From the human T2T-CHM13v2.0 reference genome, Homo sapiens, in the NCBI RefSeq assembly GCF_009914755.1, contig NC_060930.1: a stretch of DNA of 64,000 nt. The stretch is one strand, 5' to 3'. This document shows, piece by piece, positions 1-19,198 of this stretch (within the stretch, counting starts at the first letter, position 1; each line of letters opens with the position of its first letter). The notes under the pieces are model-generated. The model was not told the DNA's origin. It was given only the letters and a program-made list of their open reading frames with translations, and did no database searches. The position numbers and the translations under genes were made by a program.

Positions 1-2189
1 GTCAGCAAAGAAACCAGAACCTCAGTCCTACAACCACAGGGAACTGATTCTACCCACAACCTTAATGATCTCAGAAGCAGATTCTTCTCCAGATCTCCTA
101 GATAAGAGCCCATCCAACCAATACCTTGATTTCAGCCATAAAGAATCCTAGGCAGAAAGTTTAGCATGCTGGCCTTCTGATCTACAGAACTTTAAGCTAA
201 TAAATTTTTGTTGCTTTTAGTCATTTTATTTGTGGTAATTTGTTAGAAAGCAATAGAAAACTAATATCGATTTTGGTACCAGAAGTGGGGTGCTACTATA
301 ACTAATATACAAAATGTTGGAGTGTCTTTGGAATTAGTCAGTGTCAGAGGCCAAAAGAAGCTTGAGAATAACTTTTTAAGAATCCTGACAGATGAAGCCT
401 AGATTTACTTTAACAAACTCCTAGTTAAACCATGAATGTTAAACATACTGCTTGAGAAGGCTTAGAATGAAGTGAAGAACATGTTATTGAAAATCAAGGA
501 AAAGGGATCATAGTACTCTAGTGGCCAAAAGCTTGATAGAATTTTTTCCTGAATGTATGCAGAAAGCAGAACTTGTAGATGATAAAAGTTATTTATTTAG
601 CTGAGGAGCTTTTCAAGCATAATATTAAAGGTGCTGCCCGGTTTTAACTTGCTGCTTATGGTAAAATATGAGAGGAAATAGATAAATTTATGGAAGAACT
701 GTTAAACAAAAAGGAAACAGAACTTGATGGTTTGGGAAATTTTCAGCCTATTCTGACAGCAAAAGCTACTAAAATTAAGAAATTGATTTTGAAAGTGTAG
801 CATAGAGAAAAAGCCATTTGTGTGGATAGGCAACACTTTGATCAAATCTTAAATCAAAAAGAATATTAAGTCACAAGAGATTAAAAATTTGCTTTATAGA
901 TCTTCTTAATCAAGTCAAATAGCTTCTAAGAAGATTAAAGGTGTTGTACCTCAGCCATTTCACCAAAAGCCAAAGATAGAAAAAAGATATCTCAAAATGA
1001 TTTGTGGACTTGAGATCTGTCTAATGGGGTGAATCCTCATGTCATGGGAGACCCACAAGTATTTGAGATATCTATATCAGCAGAAATACTTATAACATGG
1101 GCTAAAGGGAAAAAAGATTACCAAATGAAAAGGGGTTGTTAGACCGCCATGACTTTACTGACAGAAAGTAGCCCAAGAGTGTGGAACCAAGAGCCCGGAG
1201 AGAATTTCTGAGAACCACAGAGAATTATTGGCCACAGGCTTTTCAACCTAAGAGAGTCTGCCCGGTGGGATTTCAAAATGCCTTTGGACTCTTGGCTCCC
1301 TTTTATTTTAAATTTTCTCCTATTTGAACAACCACTTTTACAATTATTATTCTGTTTTTGTCCCACCATTGTGTGATAGGAACAGATAAATGTTTATTTA
1401 ATGTTACAGATCTGCAAATGGAATGGCATTGTGCCCAGGAACCTCATTCATGCTGATTTAGATTATTTCAATGATGATATTTTGAATTTTGAGCTGATGC
1501 TATAATGGAATGAGACTTTTGAGGACATTGGAATGGTATGAATGTATTTTACATGTGGAATAGACACAAATCTTTGTGGGAGCCAAAGGGTAGGCTGTGG
1601 TAGATACAAAAATGGTCCCTCAAAGATGTCCTGTTCTAATGCCCAGAGCATATGAATATGATAATATATCACTCCTGTGTTCATACAATTGTATAGCACA
1701 GTTGAGCTGAAGATAGGGACATCATATGGCTTGGCCTAATTTAATCACACGAGCCCTAACATAATCACAAAAGGAGATAACTTTTCTACCTGGTGGCAGA
1801 AGGGGATGTCAGAAGAAGGCATCAGTGTGCCATTGCTAAATTTGAAGATGGAGGGGGCATGAGCCAAGGAATGTGGGTAACCTCTAATGCTGAGAACAAC
1901 CTCCAGCCAACTCCCAGCAAGGGAACAGGGCCCTCACTCCTACAACCACAAGGAAATGAATTCTGTTAACAACCTGAAGGAGCCTGGAAGTGGACTGCCT
2001 CCCATAGCCTCCAGATAAAAGCCCAGATTAGTCGCCCTCTTAATTTCAGCCTTTTGAGACCCTAGGCAGAGTACCCAGCTGAGTCTACTTGGATTTTTGA
2101 CTTACATAACAGTGTAATAATAAATGAGCATTGTTTTAAGTCACTAAGTTTGTAGCAAATTGCTACACGATAATAGAAAACTAATATCA
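1..2189 (+). mobile_element. MaLR (MLT1-family) provirus: partial 5' LTR (1-268), internal region (269-1595), 3' LTR (1596-2189)
   Basis: Both LTRs end in AATAGAAAACTAATATC. The internal region starts GATTTTGGTACCAGAAGTGGGGTGCT (MLT1-int-like). A purine-rich tract GGGAGCCAAAGGGTAGGC precedes TGTGGTAG at 1596. Positions 1-268 are homologous to about 1915-2189. Confidence 0.85.
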
Positions 2190-2479
2190 TGTTGAGAAAA
2201 AAACAAAAAGCCTTTGCAAAGGCTTTGTCTTCTTTTAGAATGGCATCAGAAATCATCTCTATGGGAATGGTGTTCATTTTAAACGAAGTAACAGATATAT
2301 TTTCTCTGGTCACTCCTTTTGGAAATCATTTGTTTGTGAATCTAGAAATAAAAATAAATCTTAATTATTTTCTTTCAAATTGAAATGCTTAAATTATAAA
2401 GCCAGTAATTTAAAATGAATGAACAGAGTTAGTACAGCAAAGAAGGAATTTTGGCTTCTAAAGCTTTCAAATAATTAAT

Positions 2480-3100
2480 TTAACAAAAATTTTTGAGCAT
2501 CTACCATGTGCCAGCCTCTGTGTGTTAGAAGTGTAAAAATAGACCATGCTAATAGCTGTCCTCAAGAAGTTCAAAAGACCAATGAACAATAATCTTAATA
2601 ATAATGGGCAGCACTTATTGGGTACAACTTACATGCTAGATGTTATGCTAAGAATTTATCTGCATTCTCCTTTTCCACAATTAATAAATAAGTCCACAAT
2701 AAAGGACATGATAGAAGTACATACTAGATAACATTTATGACACAAAATAAACTAGCATGTACAAATGTTATGCATCAATAGAAATCAATAATAATAATAA
2801 AATAAACTAGTAAACATTGCTCATGAGAGAGACTGAGAAGACTTGAGCTGTTAAAGACTAAGGACTTACAAGACAGATAAAATAAAGATGAGCATTAAAA
2901 GCAGATGAAATAATGTGTATTAAGGCTTGAAGGCATGAAACAGTGAGGTTTATTTGGTAAATTTACAAGTACACTAGCTTGGTACAAGAAAAGAAGGTAA
3001 CAGGAGAGATAGGCAAAAATCAGCCAATGGAAGAACTTATGTGCTAAGGAATTACAGACTGTGCTAGCTGTTCCAAAAATATTTTGACTTTGATTATAGG
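2480..3100. mobile_element. Degraded L2/MIR fragments
   Basis: TTGAGCATCTACCATGTGCCAG (L2 3'-end-like) and GCACTTATTGGGTACAACTTACATGCTAG (MIR-like); approximate. Confidence 0.5.
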
Positions 3101-3896
3101 AATAGACTTTTTCTTTTCCACCTACTTCCAATTCTTGCATTTGAAGACATTGACCTACATTAAAGAGAAATGCATACAGTAAGGATATAAATTATTTTAG
3201 AAACCCAAATGAATACTGCTCAGTTAATTTCACATAGTCCCACCCACTTATTTTTAACCACTGGGTATAGTGGGACACAGGAGATTATACTACTTGCCAA
3301 AGTCCCATAAGTAGAAAGGTTCTTATTAAGAATCTGGGCTCAAGTGCTATGACTCTTACTCCAGGGATTTTTCCACTGGGCCTTCAAATATTTTAGTAGT
3401 TTTCACATAATGGCGTTTGAAAATTTTTTTAAAATTTCTTTAAAAGATTTGAAACCTAATTTTTAAAAATTAAGGTAAATCATTTAAGGCAAATGTTCAA
3501 AATGGGTTCTACTAGAAGTTTAATATAATACACATAATTATATAAGGTGGCCCACAATTATGTCCACAAAAGAAGAAAAAATAAAACAGATGAGAAGGAA
3601 GAGCATGGAAAACACTGATCTCAGTCTTTGGGAGGCAAACATTTTTGTTGGAAGCTTCCTTGCCGTACCAGGGTCCTCTATTCTGACAGAGTACTTTACA
3701 TTTCTGCGTTATGCAAGAAGACAGACATTAATCTTCCTCACAAAATCCGAGGAAATTTTATTTAATTCTTAACAAGAACATTATGCCCAGGAACACCATG
3801 AAAGCAGATTGGACTCTTTTTCAGCCTGACACAGTAGAAAACTTGCCTTCTACAAATGAGCCTCTGGTAACTATTATAATCTCTAAACTCTTGCTC

Positions 3897-3898
<2 letters not shown>

Positions 3899-3930
<32 letters not shown>
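3899..3930. repeat. (CA)16 microsatellite
   Basis: Direct reading. Confidence 0.97.
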
Positions 3931-3932
<2 letters not shown>

Positions 3933-4489
3933 ACTTAACATCACTGTACTAGTATACACAACCCTATAGCAATAATCTATATTCTTTAACAAATGAATCT
4001 TTCAATGTCTTCCTATTTGTTTTCCTACTCTTTCTAAAAATATATCGTTTTCTAAACACTGACAATCAGTCATAGCCTTGGACCATTCCAGATTCCTTGT
4101 CCCCGCCCCTATAATAATGTTGGTCTTGGAAGATAATATTCCAATGCCCAATGCCCTCATATCAAAAATATCAAGGGCAAAGTTTTCACATCAAGAAAAA
4201 AAAGTGTGTGTTTTTAGCTTTTCTGCATTCATCACAATACTTATGAACAGACTCAAGACAGAGGTGAATGCCAAGAAGTTATCTTTCTAAGGTAACAATT
4301 GTCATGCAAAAAGGCTTTTCACTAAATGAACAAAGACATTGATTCTTCAAATAAGGCATTTTAGACTTGGAGAAATTTTACTTCTTTATTTAGATAATTC
4401 ATCTTCAGGTTTGAAAAAAGAAAGGAGGAGAAAATAACAACTTCATGCCACTAAATTTGAAATTGTGGGCAAAATGCCTTATAAAACCT

Positions 4490-4970
4490 GTTTTAAATTT
4501 AACTTTTATTTTAAGTTCAGGGGTACATGTGCAGGTTTGTTACATAGGTAAACTTATGTCGTGGAGGTCTGTTGTGCAGATTAGTTCATCACCCATGTAT
4601 TAAGCCTAGTACCCATTAGTTATTTTTCCCGATCCTCTCCTTCTTCCCACCCTCCACCCTCTGATACACCCCAGTGTCTGCTGTTGCCCTCTATGTGTTC
4701 ATGTGTTCCCATCATTTAACTCCCACTTATAAGTGAGGAGAAGGGGTATTTGGTTTTCTGTTCCTGCATTAGTATGCTAAGGATAATGGCCTCTAGCTCC
4801 ATCTTTGTTCCTCCAAAGGGCATGATTTTATTCTTTTTTATGGCTGCATAGTATTTCATAGTGTATACGTACCACATTTTCTTTATCCAGTCTATCAGTG
4901 ATGGGCACCTAGGTTTGATTCCATGTCTTTGCTATTGTGAATAGTGCTGCAGTGAACATACGTGTGCATG
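4490..4970 (-). mobile_element. L1PA (older primate subfamily) 3' end
   Basis: Reverse L1 3'UTR: TTAAGTTCAGGGGTACATGTGCAGGTTTGTTACATAGG...GCTATTGTGAATAGTGCTGC. Confidence 0.9.
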
Positions 4971-5034
4971 TAAAACTTAAATAGACCTAGCTATTAATGA
5001 AATTGAATCTACTCATTGTCAGAAATTATATTAG

Positions 5035-5410
5035 TGTTCAAAATTTTTTCAGTCTCTTATTATGATGCTCCATCCCTAAAGGAGGATTATATGTTCTCAG
5101 CCTGTTTAATCAGGTATGACTGTTGAACTTCCTTTGGTTAATGACATGTAAGCAGAAGAGATGTGTTCTCTACTCCAGGTAAAAACTTTAGAAGCCATCA
5201 CACTAGTCATCATGAACTGACTACCCAGCCCTGTAGCTGGTACTGTAATAGACAAGGCCAGCTCCATCATCTTTTTTCCTGGCATTAGGTGATGGGAATA
5301 GAGCCACAGCTAACCCATAAGGGAGAAAAAGTGTAAGCAAAACATAAACCTTTCTTTAAAAGCCATTGAAATGTTAAGGTCATTTGTTGATACAGCCTGA
5401 TCTAAACTAT
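5035..5410 (+). mobile_element. Old MLT1-type solo LTR
   Basis: MaLR-like motifs CTTTGGTTAATGACATGTAAGCAGAAG and AAACCTTTCTTTAAAAGCCATTGAAATG...TTTGTT. Confidence 0.55.
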
Positions 5411-5419
5411 CCAAAAATA

Positions 5420-6560
5420 GGAGGAAATTTCCTGTTTGCCTACAGCAAAGATGACACTAGTGAAACTTTAGAAGTATACTCCCTGGGTTAAATCTAAGGA
5501 TACTCACTATCAACAATACTATATAATATTGTATTACAGGTTCTAGTTAGTTCTTTAAGACAAGAATAAGAATATAGATGACAGATACACAGGTTTTTTA
5601 TATTTATAGTATCTAAAAAATATAGAAATATGTATAAGAAGTAATAAAATAAAACTGACACTTTCCCAAGAGAACTGACAGCCAAATACTACAATTAATC
5701 AGAGACTTCAACAATGTTGCTGGATGCATGTTCTGCCTAAAAATCATCGCAGAACATCAATTACATTCCCATATGTCAGTAACAAACAGCTAGAAAATAA
5801 AACCTCTTAAATCTCCCATTTGTAATAGTAATAATAAGATATCAGAGATAAATCTAACAAAAGATATAAAGAAGAAATGATAAAATGTTATTGGAAAACA
5901 TTGAAAACCTAAATAAATGGAGAGCTATACCTCCAAGTTAATCTATTAAATCATTCAGTTACAGTCAAATTCACAGAATGTCAATTCATTGAAGTTAACA
6001 AAACCAATTATCACATGTATAAAAATTAGGAAAGATCCAAGAATAGTAAGTAAAATATTGAGGAGAAAATAAGATTCGGAACAAATAAATATAATACTGA
6101 AGAAAAATAATAAGGTATGGATAATTGCTCTATTAATATCTTGGCTAGTTATAAAGTAAAAGCAATTGAGACAATGTGGTATTGGCACATTGGGAAGATT
6201 TAAGGAAGAAGAAGAGGAAGAGGGGGAGGAAGGTGAAAGGGGAGGAAAAGTAGGAGTAGGAGGAAGAAGGGGTGATCAGAAAAGATCCCAGAATCAGAGC
6301 CATGTACATATGAGAACTTGGGACATTCTGAAGATGAGATTATTATGCATAGGAAAATAACTTAGGTCTTCAGGATAGAAAGAATAAGCCTTTAAGGAAA
6401 AGATTGATACATCATATTATAATTTAAAACTAGGGTACATTGAAAAGCATTATAAAAGGAAGAGAGAGACAGAGAGGGAAGGAGGAAGGGAGAAAGACTG
6501 AGAAAGGACATTTGTCCTACATACAATCAGCAGAAAATTAGTAGCTAAAGTACATAATCA
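5420..6560 (+). mobile_element. Ancient L1M ORF2 fragments
   Basis: A-rich degenerate ORF2 motifs such as GCAAAGATGACAC, AACCTAAATAAATGGAGAGCTATAC and GACAATGTGGTATTGGCA. Confidence 0.6.
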
Positions 6561-6562
6561 TA

Positions 6563-11378
<4,816 letters not shown>

Positions 11379-11400
11379 ATAATCGATTAAACCAGCACAA

Positions 11401-11684
11401 GGCTGGGTGCAGTGGCTCACACTTGTAATCCCAGGACTTTGGGAGGCCGAAGCAGGTAGATCGCTTGAGTCCAGGAATTCGAGGCCAGCCTGGGCAACAC
11501 AGCGAGAGTCTGTCTCTACAAAAAATACAAAAATTAGCCAGGTGTGGTGGTGTGCTACTCGGGAGCCTGATGTGAGAGAATCGCTTGAGTTGGAGGCAGA
11601 GGTTGCACTGAGCGGAGATCACGCCACTGCACTCAAGCCTGGAAGACAGAGTGAGAACTTGTCTCCAAAAAAAAAAAAAAAAAA
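11401..11684 (+). mobile_element. Alu (AluJ-like, small internal deletion)
   Basis: GGCTGGGTGCAGTGGCTCAC start, dimer structure, poly(A) tail. Confidence 0.93.
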
Positions 11685-11689
11685 GTACA

Positions 11690-12190
11690 ACTCAATAAAA
11701 ATGAGCAAATACTAAAAAATAATTCCTAGGGGAAAATGGCTAATAAACATATAGGAATATGAGAAAGCATTAGTAATCAGTGAAACACAAAAGTAAATGA
11801 GATGCAATTTCAACCCTTCAAATTGGCAAAAGTTTAAAAGCCTGACAATATGGAGCAATGAGAGATCTTGTGTATTGCTGGGAGGGTAAAATTGTACAAT
11901 TGCTCTGCAGAACGATTTGATCTTATCTAGTGAGGTGAAGATACGCATCTTCTGCAATCCACCAATTCTACTCCTCAGTACATACCCTAAAAAATTCTCA
12001 CACGGACCACCATGAGACATACACAAGAATCATGGCACTATTGTTAATATCAGTGAGTGATTCATCTATAAAATGGAGATAAGATTAATACCTACTTCAT
12101 AGAATTGTTGCAAGAAATAAATGAGTTAAGACATGTAAATTCTTAAAACAGTACCTAAAACTGTGTGTGTAACAAGTGTTAGCAATCATT
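11690..12190 (+). mobile_element. L1ME 3' fragment followed by MIR
   Basis: CCACCAATTCTACTCCTCAGTACATACCC (L1-like) and TCATCTATAAAATGGAGATAAG (MIR core). Confidence 0.6.
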
Positions 12191-14428
12191 AATAAATCTA
12201 TTTTTAGGGATCCCCTTACATTATTTTGATTCCCAGCTTTTACTGCACTATGCTGAAAGGTTGGGGTATTTTCCTTTGCAAGCTTCCTTCTTTTCATAAC
12301 TGCCGACCTTGCTTAATGGTTTGTTCCTTAGGTCCCAGACAAGTCCGCTTGCTGTGTAATGAAACTGCAGGCAGCCCTGCTGTGATCTGGGTGGGGCTTG
12401 CTCACCCTCTCAGGTCATGTTTTTTGCTAAACCTTTTCTCCGGAGGTGAGCTGGGCAACCATCTCATCTTACATTCTCCCCAGTAAGGTCTGCCAAAGTT
12501 CTTCCAACTATTTTGGTCTATCAGATCAACAGACGCTGAATCCAGCCAATAGGCCTTTCAACTCTGCACCTTAAGAGGATGTTTAATTGTATGTAAATGT
12601 AAAAGGGAAGAGAAAAGGAAGAAAAGAAAGGAGGAAGACAAGGGAAGAAAAGGAGGAGAGAAGAAAAGAGAAATTGAAAGAAGAGATTTCAAATATTTCT
12701 CAAAAAAGGAAAAACTACATATAATTAACAACGTAGAGAAAAGCTTTTGGCAATCTTGCCCTAAATTTAGACATGAGTAAATTTTGCCTTCCACCCTCAC
12801 TTTCAGCTCTTTTATAATCTCCCTCTCTTTGAGTAACTACTGTCATCACCCCAGAATCATATCTTCAAACTCTTAATTTGATAAACAAATCTATATTAAG
12901 TATTAATGGGTGCTAACATAATAACGTCTCATACTTTCTGAGAACATATTGACATTTTAAAATTACATCCTAAAATAAATACAATCTATTCACCAGGATT
13001 CTCTAGAAGTCTATTTCTCCAATGTTGTATGTTTTAGTCATTCTAGCCATTTAGTGTAGGAGAAATTCTGGGAGAGCAGACTTTCAGGAATCTATCAAAC
13101 TGCATTAAATATCTGGTTCATTGACCAACATAGGTGAGGCTGGCTCTGCAAGTGCTCTCCATCTCACCCCCTACCTCTTTCACATTATAATCACTGGAAG
13201 AAATTAGCTTAATTTGAGCATAAAAGATGTATACTCTTCTTATTAGTAACCAGTGTATTTATTTAAATAAATATTTATAAAGCATCATAATGAGCCAGGA
13301 AAATATTAATCTACTTCTTCAAAAATCATTATTTGATTTCTGCTTTATTCTTCCTTTAACTATACCTTTCCTCTTATACTAAGACTTGCTTACAATAAAG
13401 TTATGAGGAGAGGGACCATATTCTGAGGGAAGGAGTTGGCAAGACCCAGGCTATAGCAGTGAACTTGGAAACAACCTAGGATTCAGTGAAGTTCTGACAC
13501 AGCCCTTCAAAACAAACCAAGCCTCCCAAATGGAGATGTTCTCTGTAGAGTTCTATTTTCTACAAAAGTGAAGAATTTTATATTCTGTTTTTAATAGGGG
13601 AGGTCACTTGCTGAAAGGACATGTGTACATCTTTTGTGACAAGCTTATACATGTCTCTAGGGATATTACTGCGACACAGGTTTTGTGATCTCAAGCAAAA
13701 TACTACCACAGTATGCCCATGACTAAGTCGTGATTTAAAATTAAGCCTTATTCAAAATGTCAAAAGGAGGAAAACTGCATACAGAATTAATCAGAGGTCA
13801 TTTATGCAGAGCTTATACTGGTAAGAAAGCCAGCTACTGTCACTTTGGTTCTGGTAAACTAAAAAGGGTTGGAAAGGAGAGGGCGTTTTGTGGAGTGAAT
13901 GGAGGAAGTCTTAAGAAAGTCTTTGACTGGTGACTGTTCTGTTGAGGTGGAATTTTTTATGAGGTAGGATTTGGGGAAGGACTTGTGGGGAGGCTTTCTG
14001 ATTGGCTTTGGCAGTCTTTGGCTCGCTGGCTATTTGTGCACAACTTAAAGCTCTCTAGGCTAGTTAGGGTGATACGGGTTTTACTGTTTCAACTTAAAAA
14101 ATATCTAGCCCTTGACTTTGGGGTCCAAAATTTGAATAAGCAATTTATAAAACTAAACTATTTTCCAGTAAATTCACTTGAATTGATTTTGCATTTACCT
14201 TTATTGCTTCATATGTCCCATATAACATAAAAATGTTGAGTATAAAATGAAATGAAAAATAGTTCAGTGAAATAATAAGATTTGGTTTAATTATTTTTTA
14301 CTTCATAAGGCCACTGAAATGTTTTGATAAATAGATATAGTTCATCATTTTCTGTACAATGCATGGCTTTTGAAAATAATAATGATCCCAGGATCTGGAC
14401 CCCTTATTTGATGGTCTCTATTCTTTAC

Positions 14429-14547
14429 CAAGTCCTTATTTTTTTTTGTTTCTTTGCTCTTTGGAGACAATATTCCCTGGGTGTTTTTCTTTTTTTCTCG
14501 CTTTTGTATATCAACAAAGGGCAAAATAATAATTTGTTTTGCTCTTT
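14429..14547 (-). pseudogene. Weak candidate exon of the minus-strand pseudogene
   Basis: Acceptor atttcag|; open frame ERAKQIIILPFVDIQKREKKKNTQGILSPKSKETKKNKDL; donor |gtaaag. Phase link to other exons not established. Confidence 0.25.
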
Positions 14548-15169
14548 CTGAAATTATATTTTTAAATGAATTTAAATTTCTAAAAATGAATGTTCTTTCC
14601 AGCACATTGGAGTGACCAGTAATCTTCCCTGCTTTTTATTAAGAAGACTGTTGCAATTTCCTTTTTCTTTGTCTACTGGCATCAAATAATCTAATTGTCT
14701 ATTGCATTTTGGTCACAGTGCCTTCTTTATGCCCTTTGGCTAAGTCTCTTTCCATGACCATTCTAAACCTTTTAACTTTATACATTTGTAAATGCTGAAT
14801 TATGCCTGCTTTTCATCATAAGTCAATTTCTCCTACACTCCTCAATTATCCCCAGATTCCTACTTTGAACATTTCCCAATTGGATTCCACAAAAGTAGTA
14901 AAGCTGGTCTAGATTTGCCTGTTAATCCTAGCAGAGACATCCAGTTAGTGAGTTTCTGTTCCAAACATGACCATTTGCTAAGTACTTTTTATATACTTTC
15001 TCATCCAATATTCTCAATAATTCTGCATTAGGAATTTTACTAATAAAGGAACAGGTTCAGTGAGTTTAGAAACTAGAAACTTACATGTGATCACACAGTT
15101 AATAAATGGGAAGCCAGTGCCTGATCAATCAGATGCCAAAGTTTATGTTCTTCCTTAAACATTCATTAA

Positions 15170-15352
15170 AAGATGCCTGAGAAACGTCTACACCAGAATT
15201 ACCTGGAATATTTTATTAAAATATTAAAATATAGACTATGAGGCTCTTCTTAGGCTTCTGAATTAGTATCTATGGGGACAAGGACCAGAAATATACACTT
15301 TTAATAAGCCCCCAAAATGATTCTTATGCATACTAAAGTTTGAGAATCACTC
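15170..15352. mobile_element. MER5 (hAT-Charlie) MITE
   Basis: GAATTACCTGG...TGATTCTTATGCATACTAAAGTTTGAGAATCACT. Confidence 0.75.
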
Positions 15353-15519
15353 AACTACAAGGCCCACATTTTATGGATTCCTCTTTGGGTCTCCATCACC
15401 AGGGACAGTATCTGGCTAATCAATAATAAGTGCTTGATGAACTAAAATGAACTAATCCTACCATAAGGAAAATGTATTGCTATTGATATAATGCCTTTGG
15501 CTCTTTAAAAAAGGTTTAT

Positions 15520-16215
15520 AAACAGATGCTGGCAAGGCTGCGGAGAAAAGGAAATATTTATACATTATTGGCGAAATGTATATTGGTTCAGCCACTGTGT
15601 AAAGCAGTTTGGGGATTTCTCAAAGAATTACCATTAAAACATTAAAAAAGAACTACCATTCAACCCAGCAATCCCCATACTGGGTATATACCCAAAGGAA
15701 AATAGATCATTATACCAAAAAAAATGTGCAAAAAAAAGATTGCAGCATTATTCACCACAGCAAAGACAGGGAGTCAACCTAGGTACCCATCAACAGTGGG
15801 ATGGATTAAGAAAATGTGGTACATATACACTATGGAATACTATACAGCCATAAAAAGAACAAAATCATGTCCTTTGCAGCAACACAGATGGAGCTGGAGG
15901 CCTTCATCATAAGCAAGTTAATCCAGGAATAGGAAACCAAATACCACATGTTTTCACTTATAAGTAGGAACGAAACATTAGGTACTCATGGGCGTAAAGA
16001 TGGCAAAAATAGACACTGGGGACTACTAGAGGCAGGAGAGAGGGAGGGGACAAGTTGATTAACTAACTATTGGGTAGTATGCTCCCTACCTGGGTGACAG
16101 CGTCATTCACACTCCAAACCTCAGCTTCACCCAATATACCCGCGTAACAAACCTGCACATGTACCCCCAAAAATCTAAATTAAAGTTGAAAATATTTTTA
16201 AGAAACAAAGAAGAA
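15520..16215 (+). mobile_element. L1PA16/L1PB-like 3' end
   Basis: AACAGATGCTGGCAAGGCTGCGGAGAAAAGG...GTAACAAACCTGCACATGTACCCC, then an A-rich tail. Confidence 0.9.
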
Positions 16216-17907
16216 GATTGTATATGAAAACAACTTGATAAATTAGTATTTTTACTTTGGAGTCATGTACTCCTAACACTGGTATTATGACAACTTGGCA
16301 AGAGGCACCCTCATTTGGTACACACCATAATAAGGTCATTGCACAAAGGCCTCTGTTTCTGAGAGAACTGATGGAGAGAATGTCTCAAGACTGTCCATGA
16401 TTAAAAAGATCTAAGCCTCAAAATGTAGATTTTAAAAAAATATTGCCTGAAATATCGTGTTCTAGTTAATGATAAGAGTTGTTTAAAGCTAACTTCCAGC
16501 ATCCTGTGGTAGCACTGGCCACCAGTTCTGTAATCTAATAATATGATTGTTAAAAAGGTTTACTATGAACCATTATCTGAAACAATCATCTGCTAAAAAG
16601 AGACATAATTAATCATGTGTGTAAATAAAATCACTGGTAACCAACAACAGCCTTTGGTTTAAAGTAGTGGGAGAACTAATGGCTATAAAGGCAAAATTAT
16701 AAAATAATTCTTTTTTACTGGCAAGAAAAACATGAGGTTATATACTTTGTGGCATCAAGAGGCTGTATATGTGTTTCTCTTTAACCTTCTGACTTATGGT
16801 AAATAGGAAGTACTAAGACGATTTTCAAGGTAAAGGTAAAATCCTTTCTAGATAATTATGACTGCTAGAAAAATTAAACTGAATGAACTCTAAAAATTCT
16901 AAAAATCCCAGCTATGTTTATTTGCTGAGTATCCTGCTGGCTGGGTTTTGTGAGGGGTGAGAAGTTGGTAGATATATCTAGATATACATATCTAGATATA
17001 GATAGACATACATATATATATTCCTTCCATAGCCTTTTTCTGTTTTAGGACAAAGACAGGAGATGGTAAAGAGAGATAAAAGAGTCTTTGTAGGCAGGAT
17101 GATGACTTCTGGGTGAGAAACACCGTGGTATAAGCAAGAAGTACTCATTGACAACATGGGCTTCCCTTAGTCCCTACTTTGGGGAAATCATAGCCCTTTT
17201 CCTCAAGTACAGCCCCTACATAGATGGCCAACAGTAATCAGTATTCCCCTTGAAGGGAATTTCTGCTTTTAGACATTTTTCTATGCCAGTTAAATTTCTA
17301 CTCTTCCTTGTTTGTACATGAAGAGACTGCAATATGCTGAACCCTCTTTCTCCTTACCTCTTTTTTAGGAGCATAACATATGAAAGAGTGCACTGCAATA
17401 ATCATTTATGTAAGTCTCTTTCCAAACTATTATCCAAAATGTGATTCTACTTGGAATTTAAATCATCTTATTTTCATCTCATATCTAATTGGCTACAATA
17501 ATCATATAACTTACTAAATTATGCTCATAGAGTTTATATTGTATTAGAATATTCTAATACAATATTCTAATATTGTATTAGATTATTGGTTTAGATTATT
17601 CAAGTTTATCTGAAACTTTTAATCGGTGAAGACAGTTCTATCATTCTCTTGAATTTTCACAAGAGTTACTCACAGAACTCTCTCAAGGTTTACGTGGATA
17701 TTTTCCCATTGTTCCCTTTCCTTCCTCATCAGATCCCGGGCCATATGTGGCTCTGTAAGGGATTTTTTCCCCCATTACTTCCTCACAGGGGGATCAGAGG
17801 CTGCATGCAACCTGTATTACCTGCTCCTCTGGGCCTGTCCATGATTACATCTTCTTGTGCTATAGTCATTGGCAGCTGCTCTGCTGATTCTTTTCCTTGC
17901 TTTTCTT

Positions 17908-18090
17908 AGTTTTTAAAATTTTTTATTTTTATAGATTTAGGGGATATACGTGCAGTTTTGTTACATGGATATCTTGCACAGTGGTAAAGTCTGAGCTTTT
18001 AGTGTACCCATCACCCAAATCTTGTGCATTGTAACCCATTAGGTAAATTCTCATCCCTCACACCTCTCTCTCGCTCCCATTCTGCTTCCC
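17908..18090 (-). mobile_element. L1PB/L1MA 3' tip
   Basis: ATAGATTTAGGGGATATACGTGCAGTTTTGTTACATGGATAT...GTGTACCCATCACCCAAA. Confidence 0.8.
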
Positions 18091-19198
18091 TTACTAACAG
18101 CCAAGAATCCTCTCGCTCTTAAGGTAATTTGGTCTGAGTCTGTTGCCCTTGGATGATGCACAATGAAAGTGCTGAGTTCTGAGAGAGAAGCAGTGAAGTG
18201 GCCTGAGGCCAAACAATCCCCAGAACTGAGGGCAAACCTGTGGGAAAAGTTTTTCAAAGTTCAAGATTTCAGGGCAAGACCTATCAGATATATATGATAT
18301 AACTGACACATACAAAAATGTAGTAAGTGTAGTGCTAAGGAATGTATAAATAGAGAGATCAGAGTAATAGAAAAACCCAAAACAGATCTCAACCACAACA
18401 GAGAAGGCATCATAAAACATACACTAAGGAGAGAGAGAGAGCTGAGATACTTGGGTTTTGAAAAATACACAATTTAGATACTTAATAAGTACAAATTATA
18501 CATAGATCAAAGAATTATATTTAGTAAGTCAATATACACTTATTTAATCTTTTAAGAGAGTTTTCTAAAATAAAATAAATATAAATAAAACAAAAATTTG
18601 AAAATTTTTAATAACACATTTTAAACTTTGCAACATTAATAAATAAAAATGCAAAAACTGAACAAAATCTGAACAAAATTTTAAAAATACTTTGCAAATA
18701 CAAAAAAAGCTCATACTTACATAAGAAAAACACTGAATCCACATTGATAAATGAACAAGGATAATGGATGGACAATTTTTAAAGAAGAATTGCAAATAGT
18801 AAACATTTCAAAAAATGTTCAACTGTATTAAGAAAAATGTAAAATTAGTAAAAATGTGATGCTACATTATTTTAATTCACCAAATAGGCGATAAAGATAA
18901 TAGTCAATATTTGCAAGAGCTTAACAATATGAACACTCTCACACACTTCTGTTGAGAATGACAACTGGTAGAGCCTTTCTGAAAAAACCTTGGCAACGTA
19001 CTTCAAAAGCCAGTGTTTCTACATCTAAAAATATAGAATAAGGAATAAATAAAAGGCCAATATTTATGAACAAAAAGTTTCATACAGTATTATAACAAAA
19101 TAACAAATAATGGAAACAAAAGTCTAACATTAACCAGATGATTGAATACATCGTATAATGGAATATAATATAGCCAATAAAATTATGTTTAAGTTCAG

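Noticed and set aside
3560-3870. Coding-looking unique sequence near the CA repeat
   Set aside because: No consistent splice boundaries or recognisable peptide on either strand.
13740-14100. LTR-like segment
   Set aside because: It has the texture of an old LTR, but I could not define its termini or family.
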